From assembly GCA_048941015.1 (NCBI GenBank), contig JBHLNZ010000043.1, forward strand, positions 1-26,809: a stretch of 26,809 bases of DNA, written 5' to 3'. The position numbers and the translations under genes are program-made. This document shows positions 1 to 8,657 of the stretch, piece by piece (within the stretch, counting starts at the first letter, position 1; each line of letters opens with the position of its first letter). The notes beneath the pieces are model-generated. The model had not been told where the DNA came from. It did not search any database and saw only the letters and a program-made list of their open reading frames with translations. This DNA is from Promethearchaeota archaeon (GTDB taxonomy: Archaea > Asgardarchaeota > Lokiarchaeia > Sigyniarchaeales > SOKP01).

Positions 1-1817
1 TCTCTTGCCAATTTTTCTGCTCTATCTACCAAATCAGTTATTTCTTTCTGAAATAATTTATCTTCTTTTTTCTGTATTTCAATTGATTTTAATTTCTCAA
101 AATCAATTCCCGGACTTTCTTTGATTTTTAAAGTTTTTTCAAATTCTTGTTTTTCTTCAGCTTTCTTTGCTTCTATTTCCCTTACATTTTTTTCTTTTTC
201 AAGTAAATCACTAAACCTTTTAATCTGACTAGTATAAATTGCCACTTCTTGACTCCAACCTTTTTCAATTGCTATGTTCTTTGCTTGAGTGTAAAAATCA
301 ATGATTATTGGGAATTTTGATTCTAAACTGAGATCTCCCATCTTTATAGCTTTTTTAAAAGCGATTTCATACTCTCTAGCCATTTTTTCTGCAGAATTGA
401 TTAATTCTTCAATTTGCTTTCTATAATCTCTTTCGGAAGAATCTTCTTTTAGTTCTTTTTTTACAAATATCTCTCCAGGTACTACTTGTTGGGCCTTTGC
501 TTTTAGCATTTCTTCATACTCTTTATCTTTTTCAGCTTTTTGAGCTTCAATCTCTCTTAATCTTATATCTTTTTCTAATAAATCTTTATAATGGATGATT
601 TGTTGATTGTATATTACAACTTCATTCTGCCATCCTCTTTCATTTACTTTGTCTCTTACCTCTTCATATATTTTAATAACATCGGGATAAACACATTTAG
701 ATACCAACAGGTTATTTCTAATCTCTTTTTTTAATTTTAAATCATACTCTCTAGCCATTTTTTCTACTTTATTAACAATATCAGTGATTTGTTTTTTAAA
801 CTCTTCTTCTTCTCTACGTTTTTCTGAAAGTTCTCTAATCTTTTTTGCTTCAGCTTGTAACTTGACTTGCTCTTCCATTCTTGCTTTTTCTAAAAATTCC
901 TTTTCTTTGTGCTCATAAGTCTTTTCTTGGATTTCCGTCTCCTTTTCAATTAACTCTAACTCTCTTAAATAGCTCTCTTTTTCTACTTTTACTTTTTCTA
1001 TAGTATTAAGAATCCTTTTAGCCTCATTGATCCAATTTATTTCTTGAAATAACCTAGCTCCTTGTTCGTATAACTGTAAAGCTTCATCATATTGATGAAT
1101 TTTTACAAGATCCGTGGCACGTCCAACTATTTCAAGTGCTTGTTCAGAAGTCTCACTTTCTTTTATTTTTGCTTCTTCAAATGCTTTTAGCTTTTCAACT
1201 TTTATTTTCTCCTCAGAAGGAGCTGTTTGAGATTCCAATTCTGCTTTTTTTGTGGTTCTTAAGAATTCTGCTTTTTTATTATAACAATCTTCAATTAGTT
1301 TATCAATAACTTTAATTTCAGCATGCTCATTTATACTTCGATAGATTTTTATTGCTTCATCGTACTTATCTAAAGCAGCTTCAAAATCTCCTGTTTCAAC
1401 TAATTGACTCGCTTCTAATACCTTGCTTTTCGCTTGATTAGATAAATTTTTTTCCTCTAATTCAATAGACCGAACATCATCTAGAGATGTTAATCCAAAT
1501 TCAGATTCTATTTCATGCTCCTTAAATAAGTTTTCTTTTAATACATAAATCTCAGAAATCTTTCGATATAAAGCCTCAACTTCTGCTTTTCTATTTATTT
1601 GTTCATATAATCCTATTGCTTGACGTAAAATTTCAATACTATCATCATAAAACTGGGATTCTATCAATGAAAGTGCATGAGCTACTAATTCATATGCTTC
1701 AGAAGCAATTTCATCTTCCATCCCTCCTAAATCAGAAAAGAATGCTTCCTTCGTAGGATCGTAGTTATTATTATTAAAATCTTTATTATTGTCTTTTTCC
1801 TCGTTTGAATCATTCAT
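1..1817 (-). CDS. Large helical-repeat/coiled-coil protein (TPR/MIT-like N-terminal units followed by ~125-aa repeats); 3'-partial, runs off the window
   Basis: Manual translation from ATG at 1817 (MNDSNEEKDNNKDF...) stays open for 605 codons to the window edge (...ITDLVDRAEKLAR). It is E/K-rich, with upstream AGGT as a possible RBS. Absent from the ORF track because no stop codon lies in the window. Confidence 0.85.
   Translation of the reverse strand, partial: MNDSNEEKDNNKDFNNNNYDPTKEAFFSDLGGMEDEIASEAYELVAHALSLIESQFYDDSIEILRQAIGLYEQINRKAEVEALYRKISEIYVLKENLFKEHEIESEFGLTSLDDVRSIELEEKNLSNQAKSKVLEASQLVETGDFEAALDKYDEAIKIYRSINEHAEIKVIDKLIEDCYNKKAEFLRTTKKAELESQTAPSEEKIKVEKLKAFEEAKIKESETSEQALEIVGRATDLVKIHQYDEALQLYEQGARLFQEINWINEAKRILNTIEKVKVEKESYLRELELIEKETEIQEKTYEHKEKEFLEKARMEEQVKLQAEAKKIRELSEKRREEEEFKKQITDIVNKVEKMAREYDLKLKKEIRNNLLVSKCVYPDVIKIYEEVRDKVNERGWQNEVVIYNQQIIHYKDLLEKDIRLREIEAQKAEKDKEYEEMLKAKAQQVVPGEIFVKKELKEDSSERDYRKQIEELINSAEKMAREYEIAFKKAIKMGDLSLESKFPIIIDFYTQAKNIAIEKGWSQEVAIYTSQIKRFSDLLEKEKNVREIEAKKAEEKQEFEKTLKIKESPGIDFEKLKSIEIQKKEDKLFQKEITDLVDRAEKLAR
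367..765. repeat. Intragenic direct repeat: identical 24-mer tcatactctctagccattttttct at 367-390 and 742-765; third degenerate copy at 1-20
   Basis: Read directly. Spacings of 375 and 372 nt equal 125 and 124 codons. The repeat encodes EKMAREY / EKLAR. Confidence 0.85.
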
Positions 1818-1968
1818 CTTAATTACCTAATCTCAAAAATATTAAAACGGGACTTTTAAAGCTAAAAATTTTCTATAATCTAAATATAATAACTAAATTA
1901 TTATTTAAAAATTCATATTAAAACAAAATAAAAATCTATATCTCTTATGATATTAATATAATAAGTGT

Positions 1969-2364
1969 TTATAATCCGATTTTTTCAAGATTCTTGTTAA
2001 GATAGTCATCACAAACCCTTCCGCCTTCATTAGTTAAAATCCATCCATTATGTTCCTTTTTTACTAAACCTAGTTTTTTTACATTAGTTAAATTTGCTTC
2101 AATTTCTTCTTCTGATTTATTAATATTGAAATCTACCCGTAAACTAAATACAATCTCATCGATTGGAACAGGACCTCCAAGTTCATCTTCCATAACACCT
2201 AAAGCTGCAACAATATATTGTTCCTCTTCCATAATCTCATCCATTTCAGTTGAAACTTCATTTAGCAACCATGGATTTTTCTCTAGCATCTTTTTAATTT
2301 TTTTCTCATTTCCAGTCTTGAAAATTTCATCAAATTCTTCACGAATCTTTTTTTTTTTAGCCAT
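1969..2364 (-). CDS. Small hypothetical protein with probable C-terminal winged-helix domain
   Basis: ATG at 2364 (MAKKKK) is preceded by RBS-like GTGAGTGA. The C-terminus PVPIDEIVFSL...EEEIEANLTNVKKLGLV...GWILTNEG fits a wHTH pattern (helix-turn-helix, GLV, wing, LTxxG). Confidence 0.65.
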   Translation of the reverse strand: MAKKKKIREEFDEIFKTGNEKKIKKMLEKNPWLLNEVSTEMDEIMEEEQYIVAALGVMEDELGGPVPIDEIVFSLRVDFNINKSEEEIEANLTNVKKLGLVKKEHNGWILTNEGGRVCDDYLNKNLEKIGL

Positions 2365-2519
2365 CTTCACTCACATTAATTTCTATAAGAGAAATAAATA
2401 ATAATAGTAATGTTCTTTTTTATTAAAGCATTTAATATTCATTAATGTTCTTTAAAATCTTAAAGAAGTTAAAATTTTTAATTTTAAGTAAAATTTTCAA
2501 ATAAAGCCAATGTGATTTT

Positions 2520-5500
2520 ATGCCAGATGATAATGAAGATTGGAAGAGAAAAATTACATCAAGTCCAGTACGCTTCAAATATAGGGAAAAAAGTAAAAAA
2601 GTTCTATTAAAACGTTACCTTCTCTATATCATTCCAATAGTTATAATAGTCTCTATATTAGCAATTGTTTGGTGGTGGCCTGCCTGGTATGCAAATATTA
2701 ACCTGCAATCTCAGTTGTATTACAACAAAGCAGATGCACTTAATTTTATTCAATTTAACTTTCTAAATTTCTGGTCGACCAATTTTATATTTAATAAAAC
2801 AGCACTAATTGGAGCTTTTACTGGTTCGATTCTTATGAGTTTACCTCCTGATAGAACGCTTTTAACTATAATTGGAACAAAACTGAGGTTTGGAAAGCCG
2901 TCTTATTTAAAAGCGTTAATATTTTGGTGGACTTTTGGATTTATTTTGTTTTATTTTGTTGGTTTTATACTCAATTCAAATGGAGCATTTGCATGGACAT
3001 CATACCTAATAGAACAAGGAGAACTTACATTATCTCCTAATATCATTATAGAAGCTTTTAATGTTCTATTTGATCCATCAAATACAGATTATAATACCAT
3101 TTTTGTATACTCTAACCTAGTCTTGCCAATAACATCCCTTATTATTGGAGTTTTGATATTTAGATTAATACTTAATATAGCAAAAAATTACTACTTAAGG
3201 AGAAACTATTTTTATGTTTTAGCGAATAGTATCCTAATAATTGGTTTCCTTTTTGCTTTAGGTTTTCTCTCTACGCCCGTTCTTGCGTTAAATGGAATCA
3301 ATTTAATCCAAATATGGTCAATTATTATAGGAGCTGTAAGTTTAATTGCATTTGGACTCTTTATATACCTTTATGGCAAAATAGCATACTCACGTGATCC
3401 CACAAGATATAAATTAACAAAGGTAACTCGAAAAAGAACAATTATAGCCGGAATTATAATTTTTATTATTATAATTATTCCATTAATTTCAAGTGTTGGA
3501 CCAGCTTTAGGAATTACAGATGAAGCAGTTTGGAATGAACAAATGTGGAGCAAGAAGTTTCAAAGAGAGATTGAATGGACAAGAGCTTGTGCAGGATTAA
3601 ATATGTTCAAAGAACGTGAAATTAGTAATTTTACCTTATCATCAAATCCAGATGATGACAACGAAACAATTGTGCAAATAAGACAGTATGATCAAGATTA
3701 TGCAGTCCAGTCTATTGCCGCTATATTAGGAACTACTTTCGAAGGATTAGCTGATTCTGATATTGTGTATATAAATGGAACAGAATATTGGGTTGCCCCA
3801 AAAACTATCAGAATTTCTCAATTTGCGGGAGATGCTGTTAAGATACATACAGAATTATATGATCATGTAGAAGGTTTTAGAGCAATCGAAACATCTACCG
3901 GGGAAATGGTTAACGTGAGTGATGAATCGAAATTTAATATTACAGAGGACTATCCACTATTTTTTGGTGAATCAGAAAGTGAAAGATTTTTACGACAACA
4001 AAATCTTGCAACAGAAGGTAGACTAGGAGGTTATGATTCAGATATATTGCTTGATACAGGATGGGAAGGTGGGATTGAAAAGAATAATTATGTATATACT
4101 GGTACTCCTGATGGAGAACTCAAGGGATTAGAAGCATTTTGGAAGACTGCAAGTTTCAATTTATGGGGATATTTGCTTAGAGGGGAATCGCAATATTTAA
4201 TTAATAGAAATATAAAAACGAGAGTACAAGATATTCTTCTTCCTAATTTAAAAATTGATGATGATCCTTATCTCGTTTTCGATGTTGAAAGAGGTAAGAT
4301 GTACTATGCTGTTTCAATTTTTACTTCGATATTGATTGGTTCTTATTCGAAATCTCCCATATTAAGATTTTTAGGTATTTGCTTAGTTGATGTAGTTGAC
4401 GGTACTATGAACTTTTTCAAAAATCCACGTTTAAATACTAATAATGATCCTACATATCCTATCTGGAAATATTATATCGATCAATATCCTTGGAAAGATA
4501 TTGATTCTGATGCACCTTGGTTGAAGTACCAATTAAGATATCCTGAAACTTTATTTGAACTTCAATTGGAAGCAAATTACATATACCATGTTCAAGATTC
4601 AAAAACTTGGAAACGAGGTGATGATTTTCAAGAAAGACCTGAAGGTGGAGATCTTTTCTATATCGAATCAAACTTAGGTGATGGAATCGAATTTCTTGGA
4701 TTAGATTTAGTTGAGTATCAAGGATTACAAGCAAGAACTTTAGCTGGGATGTATGTGGTTAGACATGGGAATAATTTTGGAGATGCGATATTTTACCATA
4801 CGAGAAATTCAACTTTAAATTTAATTGGACCTAAAACTGCGAGAGATACTTATTTATCGGAAGCAACGCAAGAAATAACACTCATCGCTGGTGCTAGAAG
4901 TGGTAATACATTGTTATATCCCCTTGGAGGATCCGCTTATTATTATATTCCAACCTATAGTACTGTAGGAGGATTACAACAACTGAAATTGGCCGGATTT
5001 GTTGAAGCATTTACTAGAAAAGTTGCTTATGGAGTTGATGCAGAGAATGCTTATAACAATCTTGAAAACTTTAAACCAGGCTCTTTTAATTTAACTTCTG
5101 ATGCAGGAAATCCTGATACAGATGGTTCTTTTATATTAAATTGGTCTACATCTACATTTGCAGATAGTTATTCGATATTTCTCTATGATTCACCTATTAC
5201 AGAAATAAATTCAAGTCTTACAATAATTGCTGAAAACCTTCCAGGTTCACAAAATGCTTATGAGATTTCAAATATTGCTAATGGAACACATTACATAATT
5301 ATTCAAGCTACTAATGATTTTGGAACTACACTTTCTAATTATCTTAAGATTGATGTCAATTTGATCCCAATTTCTTATGAATTTGAAATGGAGTCTTCAT
5401 TTATATTTCCTTCTGAACTCGGTAGTTTCAGAGTTTTGCTAGAAAACTTTAATGATACTATTACAGCACCAGGTTATGATGTTCAAGTTAATTTGTCTCT

Positions 5501-5780
5501 CTATACTACTAATCCCTTTTTGAACTTCTCGATCTTTGTTCCACCAAGTTATTCTCCAATTGTTAATAGCTCATTTAATTTTACTGATGGTGTAAATAAT
5601 CTTTACGGAGTAAATTACACTTTAATTAATACAACGCTTTTTTCAGGAGAAGGTTTAATTTTAAATGGCTATTTAAACTGTACACAAGGATTAGTTAAAA
5701 TTCCATTCAAATGGATTTTAATCGTTAATAGTATTCAAGTATATGTTTCAGAAGAAGAGTATATTGATATTTTAATATAA
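2520..5780 (+). CDS. UPF0182 (COG1615) family membrane protein with C-terminal FN3-like/extracellular extension
   Basis: About 8-9 N-terminal TM segments, then a large soluble domain with family-like motifs (EIEWTRACAGL, YPLFFGE, RNIKTRV..ILLP.L.IDDDPYLV, LRYPETLFELQ...YHVQD). An FN3-like segment lies at about 5076-5357. Confidence 0.8.
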   Translation: MPDDNEDWKRKITSSPVRFKYREKSKKVLLKRYLLYIIPIVIIVSILAIVWWWPAWYANINLQSQLYYNKADALNFIQFNFLNFWSTNFIFNKTALIGAFTGSILMSLPPDRTLLTIIGTKLRFGKPSYLKALIFWWTFGFILFYFVGFILNSNGAFAWTSYLIEQGELTLSPNIIIEAFNVLFDPSNTDYNTIFVYSNLVLPITSLIIGVLIFRLILNIAKNYYLRRNYFYVLANSILIIGFLFALGFLSTPVLALNGINLIQIWSIIIGAVSLIAFGLFIYLYGKIAYSRDPTRYKLTKVTRKRTIIAGIIIFIIIIIPLISSVGPALGITDEAVWNEQMWSKKFQREIEWTRACAGLNMFKEREISNFTLSSNPDDDNETIVQIRQYDQDYAVQSIAAILGTTFEGLADSDIVYINGTEYWVAPKTIRISQFAGDAVKIHTELYDHVEGFRAIETSTGEMVNVSDESKFNITEDYPLFFGESESERFLRQQNLATEGRLGGYDSDILLDTGWEGGIEKNNYVYTGTPDGELKGLEAFWKTASFNLWGYLLRGESQYLINRNIKTRVQDILLPNLKIDDDPYLVFDVERGKMYYAVSIFTSILIGSYSKSPILRFLGICLVDVVDGTMNFFKNPRLNTNNDPTYPIWKYYIDQYPWKDIDSDAPWLKYQLRYPETLFELQLEANYIYHVQDSKTWKRGDDFQERPEGGDLFYIESNLGDGIEFLGLDLVEYQGLQARTLAGMYVVRHGNNFGDAIFYHTRNSTLNLIGPKTARDTYLSEATQEITLIAGARSGNTLLYPLGGSAYYYIPTYSTVGGLQQLKLAGFVEAFTRKVAYGVDAENAYNNLENFKPGSFNLTSDAGNPDTDGSFILNWSTSTFADSYSIFLYDSPITEINSSLTIIAENLPGSQNAYEISNIANGTHYIIIQATNDFGTTLSNYLKIDVNLIPISYEFEMESSFIFPSELGSFRVLLENFNDTITAPGYDVQVNLSLYTTNPFLNFSIFVPPSYSPIVNSSFNFTDGVNNLYGVNYTLINTTLFSGEGLILNGYLNCTQGLVKIPFKWILIVNSIQVYVSEEEYIDILI

Positions 5781-5782
5781 TC

Positions 5783-5793
5783 TTTTTTTTTTT
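5783..5793 (+). terminator. Oligo-T (T11) archaeal terminator candidate
   Basis: T11 run starts 3 nt after the UPF0182 stop, in the gap before the convergent psmA. Confidence 0.55.
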
Positions 5794-5829
5794 AAAATTT
5801 AATTATAAACCATTAAAAAGAATCTTAAT

Positions 5830-6546
5830 TTACTTTAATGTATTTAAAAATTGTTCTATTTCGTCTTTTGAAGCCATAACAAATTTTTTATCAACAGATT
5901 TTATATATGATAATCGGATATTATCCTTTGTTGCTTCTTCATCAATAGATTCTTTTAATGCATTTAACACTAATTTTACTAAAGAATCAAAGTCTAAATC
6001 CGGTTTGTAATTACTCTTTAAGTAATCTCTAGCGGTTGCTTCTCCACTTCCTAATGCATAAGATTTGAATGATCGATAAATACCACTTGGAGATGTTGTA
6101 TAAATCTGTGGCCCTGAGGCATCAATTGCAATAAAAAATAATGCACATCCAAAAGGTCTAATACCCCCGAATTGAGTGTAATTCTGACAAATATCAGCCA
6201 ATGTTTTTACCAACATATTAAGGCGAACTGGTTCATCATAAGTTAATCGAAAAGATTGCGCTTGGACACGAGCATAATTTATTAACATTCTCGAATCAGC
6301 ATGTAACCCTGAAATCGCTACACCAATGTGCTCATCAACTTGAAAAAGTTTATCAATTGAATCCGCATCCATTAATTTTGAAGGAACTTTAATCTGAGCT
6401 GCTAAAACTACATTATCTTTAGATTTTGCAGCAACTGCTAATGTTCCACGCCTTACGGCTTCTAAAGCATATTCTACTTGATACAATCTCCCTTCAGGAG
6501 AAAATACTGTAAGTGCGCGATCGTATTTAGGAGCTCCACCAAACAT
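5830..6546 (-). CDS. psmA: 20S proteasome alpha subunit
   Basis: N-terminal signature YDRALTVFSPEGRLYQVEYALEAVRRG; also SGLHADSR, YTQFGGIRPFG and PSG. Confidence 0.97.
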   Translation of the reverse strand: MFGGAPKYDRALTVFSPEGRLYQVEYALEAVRRGTLAVAAKSKDNVVLAAQIKVPSKLMDADSIDKLFQVDEHIGVAISGLHADSRMLINYARVQAQSFRLTYDEPVRLNMLVKTLADICQNYTQFGGIRPFGCALFFIAIDASGPQIYTTSPSGIYRSFKSYALGSGEATARDYLKSNYKPDLDFDSLVKLVLNALKESIDEEATKDNIRLSYIKSVDKKFVMASKDEIEQFLNTLK

Positions 6547-6629
6547 TTAATTTACCTAGGATATTATGAATTTAATATTTTAAAAAATATGATAATGAAT
6601 TTTAATTTAATGTTTATACAATATTAAAC

Positions 6630-7175
6630 CTAAATTTTTCCAGAGGTTTTTAGGATCTCTAAAGTTAACAATTTAAAAACCTCCTCTACAGAATCACCCT
6701 CTTTTGCACTTGTTTCAAAATATTTGGATGCATTTAATTCTCCTTTGAAAGATTCACCATCCTGTTCCGCAATTTCTCTTTTACCTTCCCTAGCTAAATC
6801 AATTTTATTTCCGACCAATATAGAAGGTTTCTGTCCTATTACTTTTTCCACTTCAATTTGCCATTCACTTAAATCTGCAAATGAAGAACGCCGTGTTAAG
6901 TCAAAAACATATATAATTCCAGTTGCTCCCCGATAAAATGGAGGTCGAACAAAAGAAAAATGTTTTTGTCCAGCAAGATCCCATATCTGAAGTTTTACTT
7001 GAAATTGCGGAAGATCTGGTAATTCTACTGTTTTTGTTGAAAAATTTGAGCCAATAGTCATAATATAATTCTCTTTGAAACTATTTTCACAGTATCTTAG
7101 TACCATCGAAGTTTTTCCAACGCCACCATTTCCAACAACGCATATTTTATAGATATATGATTTAAGTGCAGACAT
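6630..7175 (-). CDS. Rab-like small GTPase (Ras superfamily; eukaryotic signature protein)
   Basis: G1 GNGGVGKT, G2 TIG, G3 WDLAGQ, G4 NKID, G5 ETSAK. RabF-like motifs IGSNF, KLQIW, FYRGA, YVFDLT. No C-terminal prenylation Cys. Confidence 0.93.
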   Translation of the reverse strand: MSALKSYIYKICVVGNGGVGKTSMVLRYCENSFKENYIMTIGSNFSTKTVELPDLPQFQVKLQIWDLAGQKHFSFVRPPFYRGATGIIYVFDLTRRSSFADLSEWQIEVEKVIGQKPSILVGNKIDLAREGKREIAEQDGESFKGELNASKYFETSAKEGDSVEEVFKLLTLEILKTSGKI

Positions 7176-7311
7176 AGTGATTCAATATTCTTAATATTTC
7201 AATAATTAAATTATAATTTTATATTATAATCAATAAATAAAAATAATAATATTAAATATTTTTTCTAGTTTCTCTAATACAATTCAAAAATAATTGGGAG
7301 AATTTTAACAC

Positions 7312-8088
7312 TTGAATGATTTAGAAAGAAAGATTCAACAATTTGCGCAATTAATCATTGAATCAAAAAATATTGTGGTTCTTACGGGTGCTGGGATGAG
7401 TACAGAATCTGGAATTGCCGATTTCAGGAGTCCAGGAACAGGTTTATGGGAAAAAGTTAATCCAAATGAATTTGCTTCAATTCACTCTTATGTTTCTGAT
7501 ACTCAGAAAAATTTAAAATTTATGTTAGAGATGGGAATGAATATTTTCAAAGCAAGACCGAATAAAGGTCATAAAATGTTGACAAAACTCCAAAAGTTAG
7601 GAAAATTGAAGGGAATTCTCACCCAAAATATAGATGGCCTACATCAGAAAGCCCACACTAATAACATTGTTGAACTTCATGGTACAGCGAATGAATGTAT
7701 TTGCATGCGATGTAAAAAAATATATTCCATAACAACAATGATCAATCAAGTTCTTAAAGGTAAGTACTCACCTTCCTGCGAAGTCTGTAATGGTTTATTA
7801 AAGCCAAATGCTATCTTTTTTGGAGAACCACTCCATTCTGATAAATTAAGATTAGCAGATGAAATGTTGATGGATTGTGATTTATTAATTGTATTAGGAA
7901 GCTCACTATTAGTATATCCTGTTGCATTTTATCCACAAAAAGCGCTTGGTTTAGGCGCTAAGCTAGCGATTATTAACATTCAAGAAACAGATATGGATCG
8001 CTATGCTGAAGTTGTAATCCATGATAAAATTGGAGATATTTTCCCAAAAATAGTAGAATTAGTCGAAAAAAATATGGCGAATGCATGA
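7312..8088 (+). CDS. cobB: Sir2/CobB family NAD-dependent protein deacylase
   Basis: GAGMSTESGIADFRS, TQNIDGLH, catalytic HG, CMRC...CEVC zinc site, FFGE, GSSL.VYP. TTG start with upstream GGGAG. Confidence 0.93.
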   Translation: MNDLERKIQQFAQLIIESKNIVVLTGAGMSTESGIADFRSPGTGLWEKVNPNEFASIHSYVSDTQKNLKFMLEMGMNIFKARPNKGHKMLTKLQKLGKLKGILTQNIDGLHQKAHTNNIVELHGTANECICMRCKKIYSITTMINQVLKGKYSPSCEVCNGLLKPNAIFFGEPLHSDKLRLADEMLMDCDLLIVLGSSLLVYPVAFYPQKALGLGAKLAIINIQETDMDRYAEVVIHDKIGDIFPKIVELVEKNMANA

Positions 8089-8621
8089 TAAATCAAAAAA
8101 AGAGTAATTTTGAAAAAGAAAACAATCAAAAGCCGTTTTTATCAAAAAAAGTTTTCAAACAACTAATTTTAGCTCATCATCCTAATTGCGATAAATTCAA
8201 GAATCATACTTTTAAAATTGGAAGATATCATTTCTGTATTGGTTGTTTTATTGGTTATCCAACAGCAATAATCGGTATCATTGTAATAAGAATGCTAAAT
8301 TTACCAAACCTTCTTGATTCAATATATTTCATAATTATTGCATTATCTTTAATAGCAACTTTCATTTTGAGTCCATTGAATTTAACTAAATCAAAAATTA
8401 TAAAAATTATTCAAAAATTCTTAATTGGATTAGGATCGTCATTTCTTTTTTGGTGGATCTGGATTTTACCGAATCCGCTTCATATTAATATTATAATCTT
8501 CTTTCTTATTTTTGGCCCGTTAATGATGCTTTTGAATGCATACCATGCATATGGATTTTATAAAGCATGCAAAAAATGTGAATATACTATGAACTGGAAT
8601 TCATGTCCAGGTTTCAAATAA
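8085..8621 (+). CDS. Small 4-TM membrane protein with His/Cys metal-binding motifs (DUF2085-like)
   Basis: HHPNC...HT...FCIGC, four hydrophobic segments, C-terminal CKKC...C. ATGA overlap with the sirtuin stop indicates translational coupling. Confidence 0.65.
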   Translation: MINQKKSNFEKENNQKPFLSKKVFKQLILAHHPNCDKFKNHTFKIGRYHFCIGCFIGYPTAIIGIIVIRMLNLPNLLDSIYFIIIALSLIATFILSPLNLTKSKIIKIIQKFLIGLGSSFLFWWIWILPNPLHINIIIFFLIFGPLMMLLNAYHAYGFYKACKKCEYTMNWNSCPGFK

Positions 8622-8657
8622 CAATAGTAAAAAAATCAAATTAAAAAAAAAAGAAAT

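Noticed and set aside
2348-2358. A11 run at the start of the wHTH gene as a phase-variation site
   Set aside because: It encodes an ordinary N-terminal Lys run, the frame is intact, and long A/T runs are common throughout the window.
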